A DNA stretch of 64,000 nucleotides, taken from the NCBI RefSeq assembly GCF_009914755.1, contig NC_060948.1; one strand, written 5' to 3'. Positions 30,301 through 43,740 of this stretch are shown here, piece after piece (the first letter of the stretch is position 1; the number at the start of each line of letters is the position of its first letter). The position numbers were made by a program, and so were the translations under genes. The DNA is from the human T2T-CHM13v2.0 reference genome, Homo sapiens. The notes under the pieces were generated by a model. The model saw only the letters and a list, made by a program, of their open reading frames with translations. It made no database searches and was not told the origin of the DNA.

Positions 30301-33300
30301 AAACCAGCTCCTGGATTCATTGATTCTTTTTGAAGGGTTTTTCATGTCTCTTTCTCCTTCAGTTCTGCTCTGATCTTAGTTATTTCTTGTCTTCTGCTAC
30401 CTTTGAATTTGTTTGCTCTTGCTTCTCTAGTTCTTTTAATTGTGATGTTAGGGTGTTGACTTTAAATCTTTCCCACTTTTTGCTGTGGGCATTTAGTGCT
30501 ATAAATTTCCCTCTAAATACTGCTTTAGCTGTGTCCCAGAGATTCTGGTACGTTGTGTCTTTATTCTCATTGGTTTCAAAAAACTTATTTATTTCTGCCT
30601 TAATTTTGTTATTTACCCAGTAGTCATTCAGGAACAGGTTGTTCATTTTCCATGTAGTTGTGCAGTTTTGAGTGAGTTTCTTAATCCTGAGTTCTAATTT
30701 GATGGCACTGTGGTCTGAGAGACTGTTGGTTACGATTTCCATTTTTTGCATTTGCTGAGGAGTGTTTTACTTCCAATTATGTGATCAACTTTAGAATAAG
30801 TGCAATGTGGTGCTGAGAAGAATGTATATTCTGTTGATTTGGCTTGGAGAGTACTGTAGATGTCTATTAGGTCCTCTTGGTCCAGAGCTGAGTTCAAGTC
30901 CTGAATATCCTTGTTAATATTCTGTCTCAATCTAATATTGACAGTGGGTGTTAAAGTCTCCTACTATTATTGTGTGGGAGTCTGAGTCTCTTTGTAGGTC
31001 TGTAAGAACTTGCTTTATGAATCTGGGTGCTCCTGTATTGGGTGCATATATATTTAGGATAGTTAGCTCTTCTTGTTGCATTGATCCCTTTACCATTATG
31101 TAATGCCCTTTTTTGTCTTTTTTGATCTTTGTTGGTTTAAAGTCTGTTTTATCAGAGACTAGGATTGCAGCCACTGCTTTTTTTTGCTTTCCATTTGCTT
31201 AGTAAATAATCCTCTATCCCTTTATTTTGAGCCTGTGTGTGTCTTTGCACATGAGATGGGTCTCCTGAATGCAGCACATGGGTGGGTCTTGATTCTTTAT
31301 TCAATTTGCCAGTCTGTGTCTTTTATTTGGGGCATTTACCCCATTTACATTTAAGGTTAATATTGTTATGTGTGAATTTGATCCTGTGATTATAATGCTA
31401 GTTGGTTATTTTGCTTGTTAGTCGATATAGTTTCTTCATAGTGTTGATGGTCTTTACAGTTTGATATGTTTTTGCAGTGGCTGGTGCTGGTTTTTCCTTT
31501 CCATATTTAGTGCTTCCTTCAGGACCTCTTGTAAGGCAGGCCTGGTGGTGACAAAATCTCTCAGCATTTGCATGTCTGTAAAGGATTTTATTTCTCCTTC
31601 ACTTATAAAGCTTAGTTTGGTTGGATATGAAATTCTGGGTTGAAAATTCTTTTCTTTAAGAATGTTGAATATTCGCCCCCAGTCTCTTCTGGCTTGTAGG
31701 GTTTCTGTCGAGAGATCTGCTGTTAGTCTGATGGGCTTCCCTTTGTGGGTAGCCTGACCTTTCTCTCTGGCTGCCCTTAACATTTTTTCCTGCATTTCAT
31801 CCTTGGTGAATCTGACGATTATGTGTCTTGGAGTTGCTCTTCTCGAGGAGTATCTTTGTGGTGTTCTCTGTATTTCCCAAATTTGAATGTTGACCTATCT
31901 TGCTAGGTTGGGGAAGTTCTCCTGGTTAATATCCTAAAGAATGTTTTCCAACTTGGTTCTGTTCTCCCTGTCACTTTCAAGCACACCAATCAAACATAGG
32001 TTTGGTCTTTTCATATAGTCCCATATGTCTTGGAGCCTTTGTTCATTCCTTTTCATTATTTTTTCTCTAATCTTGTCTTCACACTTTATTTCATTAAGTT
32101 GATCTACAATCTCTGATATCCTTTCTTCCACCTGATCAGTTCGGCTATTGATACTTTTGTATGCTTCACAAAGTTCTCGTGCCGTGTTTTTCAGTCCCAT
32201 CAGGTCATTTATGTTCTTCTCTAAACTGGCTATTCTAGTTAGCAATTCCTCTAACCTTTTTTCAAGGTCCTTAGTTTCCTTGCATGGGGTTAGAACATTC
32301 TCCTTTAGCTTGGAGGAGTTTGTTATTATCCACCTTCTGAAGCCTGCTTCTGTCAATTTGTCAAACTCATTCTCCGTCCAGTTTGTTCTCTTGGAATTTT
32401 CAGCCTTTTTGCACTGGTTTTTCCTCATCTTCATGGATTTATCTACCTTTGGTCTTTGATGTTGGTGACCTTTGGATGGGGTTTCTATGTGGACATCCTT
32501 TTTGTTGATGTTGATGCTATTCCTTTCTGTTTGTTAGTTTTCCTTCTAACAGGCCTCTCTGCTGCAGGTCTGCTGGAGTTTGTTGGAGGTCCACTCCAGA
32601 CCCAGTTTGCCTGGGTATCACCAGCGGAGGCTGCAGAACAGCAAAGATTGCTGCCTGTTCCTTCCTCTGGAAGCTTCGTCCCAGAGGGGCACCTGCCAGA
32701 TGCCAGCCAGAGCTCTCCTGTATGAGATGTCTGTCGACTCCTGCTGGGAGGTATCTTCCAGTCAGGAGGCATGGAGCTCAGGGACCCACTTGAGGAGGCA
32801 GTCTATACTTTAGCAGAGCTTGAGCACTGTGCTGGGATTGCCGCTGCTCTCTTCCGAACTGGCAGGCAGGAACGTTTAAGTCTGCTGAAACTGAGTCCAC
32901 AGCCACCCCTTCCCCCAGGTGCTCGGTCCCAAGGAGATGGGAGTTTTATCTATAAGCCTCTGGCTGGGGCTGCTGCCTTTCTTTCAGAGATGCGCTGCCC
33001 AGAGAGGAGGAATCTAGAGAGGCAGTCTGGCTACAGGGACTTTGCGGAGCTGCGGTGGGCTCTCCCCGGTTCAAACTTCCTGGCCACTCTGTTTACACAG
33101 TGAGGGGAAAACTGCCTACTCAAGCCTCAGTAATGGCAGACGTCCCTCCCTCCACCAAGCTCGAGTGTCCCAGGTCGACTTCAGACTGTTGTGCTGGCAA
33201 TGAGAATTTCAAGCCAGTGGATCTTAGCCTGCTGGGCTCCGTGGGGGTGGAATATACTGAGCTAGACCACTTGCCTCCCTGGCTTCAGCCCCCTTTCCAG

Positions 33301-33768
33301 GCGAGTGAACAGTTATGTCTCACTGGCATTCCAGGCGCCACTGGGGTATGAAAAAAAAACTCCTGCAGCTAGCTCGGTGTCTGCCCAAATGGCCGCCCAG
33401 TTTTGTGCTTGAAACCCAGGTCCCTGGTGGCATAGGCACCCAAGGGAATCTCCTGGTCTGCAGATTGCGAAGACTGTGGGAAAAGCATAGTATCTGGGCC
33501 AGAGTGCACCATTCCTCACGGCACGGTCCCTCAAGGCTTCCCTTGGTTAGGGGAGGGAGTTCCCCGACCCCTTGTGCTTCCTGGATGAGGCAACGCCCCA
33601 CCCTGCTTCGGCTCACCCTCCGTGGGCTGCACCCACTGTCTAACCAGTCCCAATGAGATGAGCCGGGTACCTCAGTTGGAAATGCAGAAATTACCCACCT
33701 TCTGCATTGATTTCACTGGGAGCTGCAGACCAGAGCTGTTCCTATTCGGTCATCTTGCCAACCACCCT
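27358..33768 (-). mobile_element. Full-length L1 (L1PA7-like), inactive, with 3' transduction 27203-27357
   Basis: 5' end GGTTGGCAAGATGACCGAATAGGAACAGCTC on - strand; ORF1 remnants 31454-32434; ORF2 EN/RT/C remnants 27572-31174 with frameshifts; 15-bp TSD GAGATGTTGAATTTT at 27188-27202 and 33769-33783. Confidence 0.96.
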
Positions 33769-34807
33769 GAGATGTTGAATTTTATCAAATGCTTTTTTTA
33801 TCAGATGCTTTCTCTGCATCTATTAAGGTGATCATGTGGCTTTTATTCTCTATTCTATTGATGGAATGTTTCATGTTTATTGATTTGCATGCATTGAATC
33901 ATCATTGCATCCCTGGGATAAATCCCACTTGATCATGGTGTATTATCTTTTTGATGTGATGTTTGATTTGGTTTGCTAGTATTTCGTTGAGGATTTTTGC
34001 ATCTGTGATCATCAGGGTTGTTGGCCTGCAGTTTTGTTTTTTTGTTGAGTCCTTATCAGGTTTTGGTATCAGGGTAATGCTGGCCTTATAGAATGAGTAG
34101 GGAGAATTCCCTCCTCTTGAATTTTTTGGCATAGTTTGAGAAGTGATATTAGTTCTTCTCTGTAAGTTTCATGGAGTTCTCCAGTGAAGCCAGCTGATTC
34201 TGGGCATTGTTTTGGTTTTGTTGGGAGACTTTATTACTGATTATACTTTATTACTGATTCAATCCCATTACTCATTACTGGCCTGTTCAGGTTTTCTATT
34301 TCTTTCTGATTCAGTCTTGGTAGGTTGCATGTGTCCTGGGATTTATCCATTTCTTCTGGGTTTTCAAGTTTATTAGCATATAGTTGTTAATAGTATTTCT
34401 ATGGTCACTTCTTCCAATTTTTAGATTTGCTTTAATATGCAAGGACTTTTTCTTGAGGATATATCTATGGTGTTGGTTGGGCAGGGCACTTAGACTTTGA
34501 TTATGGGTACATTCAGTAGTGTAGTCTGTATAATTTCTTCAGCTATAAACAGCATCATCAACCATGTCTGTATTTTTCTTAGTGGCTTAGGGTGTAGTTG
34601 TTATGGAGGCTGTGGTGAAGTTTTGATGGGCATGGGGATTTCAGGTGGGCTAGTCCTTGTTTTCGAGTGGTGTCACCAGTGGGTGAAGCATGCCTGTCCT
34701 TTGGCCCCAGGACAGTGTATTCATTAAGTTATATTACTTTTTTAAAAAAAGTTTATTTTATTCTACAATGGAAAACTTGACCTTTTCTACTTTTCCAATA
34801 TTTTCAG

Positions 34808-34875
34808 ATCTGGTAGCTCAGCGAGGAGAAAGATTGGAATTATTGATTGACAAAACAGAAAATCTTGTGGATTCT
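34808..34875 (+). CDS. VAMP7: VAMP7 exon 6 (D-LVAQRGERLELLIDKTENLVDS; R-SNARE zero-layer Arg)
   Basis: Acceptor TTTTCAG before 34808, donor TCT|GTAAGT; 68 nt; translation visible in ORF 34690-34932. Confidence 0.98.
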
Positions 34876-35574
34876 GTAAGTATGGAATCTGATAATATGG
34901 AGTCTGATGTAAAGTGGAGAAACTATGGATGATGGCTAACATAATTGGGAAATACCTTAAATTCAAATATTTGGTGGTTTTTTTTTCTTTCTCATTTCCA
35001 TTATGTGATTACTTTGTAATAATGAGGATAACAATGAGGCATAGAAAAGAAACATCATCCCCTAATAGCCATTAAGGTAGCTTTGGTTTGGAAAACATAC
35101 TCAGTATACAGAAACAATTTTCTAAAGCTTTGGATTGAGGCCTATATAATTTAGCACCTCAACTGCATGTAACAGTCTGTTCCCTTTACAAATTTGTAAA
35201 ACATGAAACAAATGTGCAAGCCGTTTGTGACCCAGTATGAATCTTGAAAACTGGACAATTCACTTTTTTGCTTACACTGATAGTTTCATCTTGCCTTGTA
35301 TCAATCAAGAGACATCGATTGGAAAGCGCCAATAAGCCTTAAAGGAGACAGTGTGTCCTTGTGAGCTGCTTATACTATGGTTCCGTATGTCCTCACATTT
35401 TCAATGCAGTTACTGTGGATGAAAGTTTTAAGGAAAGATGACAGATATATGGTGAACAGAAGGAGGGCAGAGATCAGCTACAATTTGGGTCTACACAATT
35501 ATAAATGTAAATGTACAGTGCAGGTTTACACCTTGAAAGAAAACAGTGATTGATTATGTTCGTTGTGACTGACA

Positions 35575-35830
35575 GCTGGATTGTAGTGGTTAAGAACACA
35601 GGCTCTAGTATCAGGTTGCCTGGATTTGAATCCCACCTCTGCTACTTACTAGTTGTGTGACCTTAGGCAAGTGACTTAACCTCTTTGTGCCTCAGTCATC
35701 ATCTTCTGTAAAATGAAGATGTAACCACTTCAGAGCATTTTAAGGATTAAATCAGATAATGCATGTAAAGTGCCTAACACAGTATTTGATACATAGTAAG
35801 AGCTATTTAAATGTTCATCATTATTGTTAA
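35575..35830 (+). mobile_element. MIR SINE
   Basis: TAGTGGTTAAGAACACAGGCTCT...TTTGAATCCCACCTCTGCTACTTACTAGTTGTGTGACCTTAGGCAAGT. Confidence 0.85.
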
Positions 35831-36239
35831 TTTTACAGGGACATCTATTAGCAGCAGGTTTTAGTATATACAGTCTACTATCAGGTTTTCTAGGAGTTTA
35901 TAAACAGTTTTTTCATCAAAGCATGTGGTAGGTGGAGGAAGGATGCTACCATACAGGAAGTCAAAACACCTGGGTTCTAGATCTCACTTTGTGACCCATT
36001 GCTGGGGAGCAAAGAAAACAGAGAAGTATCTGATTCCAGATCTGCAGACCAATTTCTTTGATACTTCCAGGCTGTCTCTTAGTTATTCTTAATTCTTGAG
36101 GATTACCCTGCTTAGGGGGAATGGTCTGTCTTTGACCAATAGTAGTATGATCTGTACTTTACAAATAAAAGTCTTAATTTTGTTGACTTCATGACTGAAA
36201 ACAGAAGGTACTAATGAACTAACAGGTATCTCTCTTTAT

Positions 36240-39200
36240 GGTAGAATAACATACGTGCAGCAAATTGTATCAAGTGTACAACTTTTAAGTGTATAGCTCA
36301 ATTATTTTTTTATATATATCTATACCCATGTAACCACCACCCAGATCTAGATAGAAAACATTACCAACACCCCAGAAGGCTGCCTCATACCCCTTCCAGT
36401 TAATAATCCCCAATAGATGTAATTATGTTTCTGACTTATATCACCACAGATAGTGTTTTGCCTGTTCTTAAAATTTATTTGTGTCTGGCCTCTTTCACTC
36501 ACTGTTATGCCTGTGAAATTCATCCACGTTTTTTATTATAGTAATCACTTATTCTTTTTTATTGTTTTATATTATTCCATTATACAAATCTACCACAATT
36601 TGTTTATCCGTTCTTCTCTGTGGGGCTTTATTTCTGGATTCTCTATTTTGTTCCATTGGTCAGTTTGTCTACCTTTATGCCAGTACCACACTGTGTTGAT
36701 TAGTATAACTTAATAGAATTCTTGAAATTAAGTAGTGTAAGTCTTCCAACTATATTCTTGTTGTCCAATATTGTCTTCACTCTTTTAGGTGCTTTGCATT
36801 TCCATATATGTTTTAGAATAAGCTTGTTTTCCATCTCTTGACCCCACAACAATGTGTATCTTTGTGACTGCATTTAATATATAGGTCACTTTAGGGGACA
36901 TTGGTATCTTGACAGTATAGAGTTTTTCGGTCCATGAACGTGACATATCTCTGCTTTTGCTTAGGATTTAAAAATTTTTCTCAGCAGTATTTTTTAGTTT
37001 TTGGTGTACAGGTCTTGCACATATTTGTTAAATTTACCCTTGAGAATATCATGCTTTTGTATTGTGTAACAAATTTTTAAATTTTGTTTCTAATTCTTTA
37101 TTGCTAGTATATGGAAATAAAGTTGGTTATTGTATATTGACCTTGTTTGTATTCTGCAACCTTAGAAAAATTCATTTACCAGTTCTGGTTACTGTTTTGT
37201 ACATTCCTGCCTTTTATTTTCCTTCCCTTATTCTGGCTAGAACCTTCTACACAATACTGAATACAAGTGATAACAGTGAACATCCTTGCCTATTGACCAT
37301 CTTGTGGGGAAAAATTCAATACTTTTTGAAAAAAATAAATTCAGTGTTAAGTTTGTGGTTAACTGTAGATTTTTTGTAGGTACCCTTTAATAGGTGGAAG
37401 AATTCCCTTTAATTCCTCATTTGAGAGTTGTATTCATGATTTTATCAAATGCTTTTTCTCCATTTATTGAGATCTTTGGTTTTTCTCCTTTATTCAGTTA
37501 GTATGGCAAATTACATTGATTTTTCAGTGTTAAACCAACTTTGCATTCCTGCAAGGTCATGACTTACTACCCTTCTTATATAACACTTTATTGGATTTGC
37601 TATTGTTTTGTTCAGGAATTTGGCATCTATGTTTATAAGAGATAGTGGTCTGTAATTTATTTTTCTCTTTAGGTTTTGGTATCAGGAATATGCTGGCCTC
37701 ATTAAACAAGTTGGGAAATCTTACCTCTCTATCTTCTGAGTTTGGGTACTATTGGTATTATCTGTCTTAGATGTTTGGAAGAATTTACTAGTAAAGCAGA
37801 TTGGGCCTCGAGTTTTCTTCGTTGGAAAATTTAAAATCTGCCATCTTGCTGTTTGTTTCCTATTTATACCATCTAGTCTTTGTTCCCTTTTTGTTCTGCC
37901 TTCCATTGGATTTAGTACATTTGTTATTCCATTATGTCTCCTTTGTCAGTTTATTAGCTATAGCTCCATTTTGTCATTTTCTGATTGCTTTAGGGTTTAC
38001 AGTATGTCTTTGATTTATAATCTCCCTTAAAGTGGCATTTTTCCACTTCATGAATAGATAAGAACCTTATAATAGTATACTTCTAGCTGTTTCTTCTTGG
38101 CCTTTATGCTATTGTTGACATATTTTTATTTACACATGTATTAAAAACTTCATAATACATTGTTGTTGTTTTTGTTTAAAGAGTTGATTATCTTTTAAAG
38201 AGATTTAAATAATAAGGGAAGTCTTTTCTGTTTACCCATGCAGCTACCATTTCAGTGCTCTTAATTCTTTTGTGTAGGCCGAGTTTCTATCTGATGTTAT
38301 TTTCTTTCTGCCTGTATGCTTTAATTTAACATATAATCTTCCATTGTAGTTCAAGTGTGTAGGTCTACTGGAAATGAATTCTTTCAGGTTTGGTATGTCT
38401 GAGAAGTTTTTATTTCACTTCCTTTTTTTTTTTGAAAGACATTTTCACTGAGTATAGAATTCTAGGTCAGTGATTTTTCTTTCTTTTAATACTTGATGAA
38501 CGGTGGTTCATCACTGTCTTTTACATTGTTTCTGACAAGAATTCTGCTGTCATTCTTACATACATAAAGTGTATTTTTTTTTCTTCTGGATGCTTTAAAG
38601 ATTTTCTCTTTATCATTGGTTTTAAGAAATTTGATTATAATATATATGCCTTGGTATATATTTCTTTATGTTTCTTTGGCTTTGAGTTTGTTGTAGTTTT
38701 CATCAAATTATGAAAATGTTTAGCTCTTTCTAGGCTTCCAGTGACATCTGTATTAAGCCACTTGAAGCTGTCCCACAACTCACTGATGCTTTGTTCATTT
38801 TTAAGTCTTTTTTCCACTATGTTTCATTTAGAATAGTTTCTATTGCTATGTCTTCAAGTTTACTTACCTTTTCTTCTGCAGTTCGCAATCTGCTGTTTCT
38901 GTCCTGTGTATGTTTCATCTTTACAGGTTTGTTTTGGATCTTTTTTATATCTTCCATGTGTCTCCTTAACATGTGCATACTTTCCTCTACCTTGAGTATA
39001 TGAAGTATATTTATAATTGAAGTGCTTATTCCACTTACATGTAATGCAAATTTTGATAGAGTTAGGTGTAGGTATCTTGCTCTTTGTTTTTTATTTGCCG
39101 CATCCCTGTCCTCTTCTTTTTTATTTTGATTACTCAAGTACTTTTTAAATTGTATTTTAACCATCTCTATTTGTTTTTTAACACTTCTATTGAGAGATAA

Positions 39201-39582
39201 CTCACAGACCATACAAATTGCCCATTTAAAGGGTACACTTCAGTGGAATTTAGTATATTACATTATTAAAATTGTGGTAAAATATGTATAGCATAAAATT
39301 TTGCCATTTTAACCTTTTTAAAGTGCACAATTCAGTGATGTTAATTACATCCACAATGTTGTGCATCCATCACTACTAGCTATTTCCAAAACTTTTTTAT
39401 CACCCCTTAACAAAAACTCTGTAACCATTAAGTAATAATAACTCCCCATTCCCCTTACTCTCAGCCCCTGGTAACTCTAATCTACTTTCTGTCTCTGAAT
39501 TTGCCTGTTCTAGATATGTCATATAAGTGGGATCATACAAAATTTGCCCTTTTGTGTCTGGCTTATTTCACTAAGCATAATA
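36240..39582 (-). mobile_element. Mosaic of old L1M fragments (L1ME/L1MB-like)
   Basis: Degenerate antisense L1 3'-end, ORF2 and ORF1-like coiled-coil remnants (ORFs 38635-39212); internal boundaries uncertain. Confidence 0.7.
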
Positions 39583-40410
39583 GTTTATTGCTTAAAAAAA
39601 AATGCTAACAATCACCTGAGCCTTCAGTGAGCCTTAATCTTTTTGCTGGTGGAGGGTCTCACCTTGATGTTGATGGCTACTGACTGATCGATCAGGCTGG
39701 TGGTTGCTGAAGGTTGTGGTGGCTGTGGCAATTTCTTAAAATAAGACAACAGTGAAGTTTACCACATTGATTGACTCTTTCACAAAAGATTTCTCTGTAG
39801 CATGTGTTGCTATTTGATAGCAATTTACTGGCAATAGAACTTCTTTCAAAATTGGAGTCAATCCTCTCAAACCCTGCTACTGCTTTATCAGCTGAGTTGA
39901 TGTAATTTTCTAAATCTTTTGTTGTCATTTCAACAGTGTTCACAGCATCTTCACCAGGAATAGTTGCCATCTCAAGAAACCACTTTCCTTGCCCATGCAT
40001 AAGAAACAACTCCTCATTCATTAAAGTTTTATCAAGAAACTGCAGCAGTTCAGTCATGTCTTCAGGCTCCAGTTCTAATTCTAGTTCTCTTCTATTTCTA
40101 CCACATCTGCAGTTACTCACTCCACTGAAGTCTTGAACCCCTCAAAGTAATTTGTGAGGGTTGTAATCAGTTTCTTCCAAACACCTGTTAATGTTTATAT
40201 TTTGACTTCCTCCCACGAATCATGAATGTTCTTAATGGCATCTAGAATGGTGAATCCTTTCTAGAAGGTCTTCAGTTTACTTTGCCCAGATCCATCAGAG
40301 GAATCATTATCTATGGCAGCTATACTAAATGTTTTTCTTAAATAATAAGACTTGAAAGTTGAAATCACTCCTTGATTCATGGGCAGCAGAATGGATGTTG
40401 TATTAGCAGG

Positions 40411-40882
40411 TGTGAACCCCAAAAGTCTGAGACAGGTCTCAGTTGATTTAGAAAGTTTATTTTGCCAAAGTTGAGAGCGCACACCCGTGACACAGCCTCA
40501 GGAGGTCCTGACAACATGTGCCCAAGGTGGTCAAAGCCCAGTTTGGTTTTATACATTCTAGGGAGACGTGAGACATCAGTCAACATATGCAAGATGAACA
40601 TTGGTTTGGCCTGGAAAGGCGGAACAACTCGAAGCAAAGGCGGGAAGGCTCGAAGTGGGGAGGGGGCCTCCAGGTCTTAGATAGATAAGAGACAAATGGT
40701 TCTATTCTTTTGAGTTTCTGATGAGCCTCTCCAAAGGAGGCAATCAGATACGCATTTATCTCAGTGAGCAGAGGGGTGACTTTGAATAGAATGGGAGGCA
40801 GGTTGGCCATAAGCAGTTCCCAGCTTGACTTTTCCCTTTAGCTTAGTGATTTGGAGGCCCCAAGATTTATTTTCCTTTCACA
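40411..40882 (-). mobile_element. ERV1 solo LTR (MER4A/MER4A1-like)
   Basis: Reverse complement begins TGTGAAAGGAAAATAAATCTTGGGGCC...CACTAAGCTAAAGGGAAAAGTCAAGCTGGGAACTGC; 4-bp TSD CAGG at 40407-40410 and 40883-40886. Confidence 0.88.
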
Positions 40883-42130
40883 CAGGCATGAAAACGACAT
40901 TTATCTCCTCGTAAGTCTCCATCAGAGCTCTTGAGTGACTAGGTTCATTGTCAATGAGCAGTAATACTTTGAAAGGAATCTTTTCTTTTTGAGCAGCAGA
41001 TCTCCACAGATCTTCTGTACACCATCCTGTAAACAGATGTGCTATCTTCCAGGTTTGTTGTTCCATTTCAAGAGCACAGGCAGAGTATATTTAGCATAAT
41101 TCTTACGGGCCCTAGATTTTCAGAATGGTAAACTACCATTGGCTTCAGCTTAAAGTCATCAGCTGCATTGGTCCCTAATAAAAGTCAGCTTATCTTTTGA
41201 AGCTTTGAAGCCAGTCATTGGCTTCTCTCTATGAAAGTCCTAGATGGCATCTTCTTCCAAAAGAAGGGTGTTTTGTTTACATTGAAAAATCTGTTGTTTA
41301 GTATAGCCACCTTTATCAATGATCTTAGCTAGGTCTCCTGGATAACTTACTGTGGCTTCTCTCTCAGCACTTGCTGCTTCACCTTGTACTTTTATGTTAT
41401 AGAGATGGCTTCTTTCCTTAAACCTCATGAACCAACTTCTGCTAGCTTTAAACTTTTCTTCTGCACCTTCCTCGCCTCTCTCAGCCTTCATAGAGTTGAA
41501 GAGTTAGGGCCTTGCTCTGTATTAGGCTTTGGCCTAAGGAAATGTTATAGCTGGTTTAATCTTCTATCCAGACCCCTAAAACATTCTCCATATCAGCAGT
41601 AAGTCTGTTTTGCTTTCTTATATGTGTGTTCACTGGAGTAGCACTCCTGATTTCCTTCAAGAACTGTTCTTTGCATTCACAATTTGGTTAACTGTTTGTC
41701 ACAGGACACCTAGCTTTAGGCCCATCTCAGCTTTCGACATGCCTTACTCACTAAGCTTAATTATTTTTATCTTTTGATTTAAAGCAAGGGATGTGTGACT
41801 TTTCCTTTCACTTGAATACATAGATGCCATTGTAAGGTTATTAATTGGCCAAATTTCAATATTGTGTCTCGGCAAATAGGGAGGCCTGAGAGGGAGAGAG
41901 ATAAGAGAATAGCTGGTCAGTGAACAGTTAGAACACACAACATTTATCCGTTAGCTCCGTCATCTTATATAGGCACAGTTTATGGCACCCGAAAACAATC
42001 ACAGTAGTAACATCAGAGGTCACAGATCGTCATAACAGATAGAATGAAAATAATGAAAAGTTTGAAATGTTATAAGAATTACCAAAACACAGACATGAGG
42101 CGACCACATGCTGTTAGAAAAATGGTGCTG

Positions 42131-42423
42131 CCGCATGTTCTCACTCCTAAGTGGGAGTTGAACAATGAGAACACATGGACACAGTGAGGGGAACATCACA
42201 CACTGGGGCCTGTCGGGGAGTGGGGGCTAGGGGAGGGATAGCATTAGGAGAAATACCTAATGTAGATAACGGGTTGATGGGTACAGCAAACCACCATGTC
42301 ACGTGTATACCTGTGTAAGAAACCTGCACGTTCTGCACATGTATCCTAGAACTTAAAGTATAATAATAATAATAAAAAGAAACAAAAAGTGCAGGCCAAG
42401 CAGGAAAAAAAAAAAAACAAACC
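42131..42423 (+). mobile_element. Severely 5'-truncated L1 (L1PA7-like 3' UTR) inserted in Tigger1
   Basis: L1 3' UTR plus A-rich tail; 15-bp TSD AGAAAAATGGTGCTG at 42116-42130 and 42424-42438. Confidence 0.93.
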
Positions 42424-42886
42424 AGAAAAATGGTGCTGATAGTCTCATCATGGGGTTTCCACAGACCTTCGATTTGCCAAAAAAAAAAAAAAATCCATGA
42501 AGTGCGATAATGTGAAGTACAATAAAAGGAGATATGCCTGTAATTCTTTCTGTTGTTCTTTATTGTTTTCTGCAGTTCTGTTTCAGTGTACGATTTTGTT
42601 TGCTTCAAACTGAAGAAGTTCTTTTATTGTTTCTTATAATGTTGATCTACTGATGAGAGATTCTCTAAGCTTTTGTCTGAAAATCTGTTTCATCATTTTT
42701 TTAAAGAATACTTTCTTTGCATAGAGTTTTTTAGTTTTTCACAATGGCAGTTTTTTTTTTTTTTTTTAAAGTGAGTGCTTTAAAAATGCCATTCCATTTT
42801 TCTTTGGCTTTCATATGTTCTCAAAGAGATTGTCATTTCTCTTAGTCTTACTTGAAAAATAATGATTCTTACCCCACCTTTGGCTT

Positions 42887-43209
42887 TTGTTGTTGTTGTT
42901 GTTGTTGTTTGTTTTGTTTTTTTAAGACAGAGTCTCTCTCTCTCACCCAGGCTGGAGTGCAGTGGCACGATCACAGCTTACTGTTGCCTCCACCTCCCAG
43001 GCTCAAGTGATCCTCCTGCCTTGCCTCAGCCTCCCAAGTAGGAGGACCACAGGCATGCGCCATCACACTTAGCTAATTTTTTAAATTTTTCTTAGAGACG
43101 GGTCTCCCTATGTTGCTCTGGCTGGTCTCAAATGCCCAGGCTCAAGTGATCCTCCCACCTTGGCTTCCCAAAGTGCTGGAAATACAGGCATGAGCCACCA
43201 CACCTGGCC
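42887..43209 (-). mobile_element. Alu (AluJ-like) with (TTG)n tail
   Basis: Antisense Alu; CCTTTGGCT flanks both sides. Confidence 0.9.
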
Positions 43210-43265
43210 CCCTTTGGCTGGTTTTAAGAGTGTCTTTTTATATTTGGTTTTCAACTTTTTATATA

Positions 43266-43740
43266 TGGTTATTAGCTTTCTGTGGCTGCTATCACAAATT
43301 ATCACAAACTTGGTGGCTTAAAACAACAAAAATTTATTTTCTCCCACTACTGGATTTCAGAAGTTCAAAATCAGTTTAACTGGGCTGAAATTAAGGTGTT
43401 AGCAAGGCTACACTCCTTCCAGAGGCTCTAGGAGAGGATCTGTTCCATGCCTCTTCCAGCTTCAGGTGGCTGCCAGTATTTCTTGGCTTGTGGCTATATC
43501 ATTGTAGTCTCTGCCTCCATGTTCACATTACCTTCTCCTTTGCATGTGTGTCAAGCCTCCATCTACTTTCCTCCTATAGAGACATTTGTGATGTCATTTA
43601 GGGCTCACATGGATAATCCAGGATACTCTCTTCATCTCAAGATTCTTGACATAATGACATCTGTAAAGACCCCTTTTCCAGATAATATCACATATGTCAC
43701 ATTCATAGGGATTAGGACACAGGCATGTCTTAGGGCAACA
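43266..43740 (-). mobile_element. MaLR solo LTR (MLT1C-like)
   Basis: TATTAGCTTTCTGTGGCTGCTATCACAAATTATCACAAACTTGGTGGCTTAAAACAACA...GGATAATCCAGGATA...ACATCTGTAAAGACCC. Confidence 0.8.

Larger units (their letters stand above)
39583..42540 (-). mobile_element. Tigger1 DNA transposon (Tc1/mariner-pogo), disrupted by an LTR and a short L1
   Basis: Transposase remnants on - strand (ORFs 39692-40120, 40878-41066 with KIPFKVLLLIDN, 41240-41491 with [29 protein letters not shown]); terminal repeat ...CAATAAAAGGAGATATGCCTG followed by TA at 42541; other end missing. Confidence 0.92.

Noticed and set aside
28948-30345. 465-aa reverse-transcriptase ORF (also 17140-18264 and 46605-49615) as a novel RT system
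   Set aside because: These are fragments of L1 ORF2p broken by frameshifts and stops; none of the L1 copies is intact.
34881-34910. 15-bp imperfect tandem duplication just after the exon 6 donor (similar small duplications at ~26976-27050 and ~28032-28060)
   Set aside because: Ordinary slippage duplications; no new splice site or other evident effect.
39692-41491. Possible domesticated Tigger transposase (TIGD-like gene)
   Set aside because: Fragmented across frames and interrupted by a MER4A-like LTR; an ordinary decayed Tigger1.
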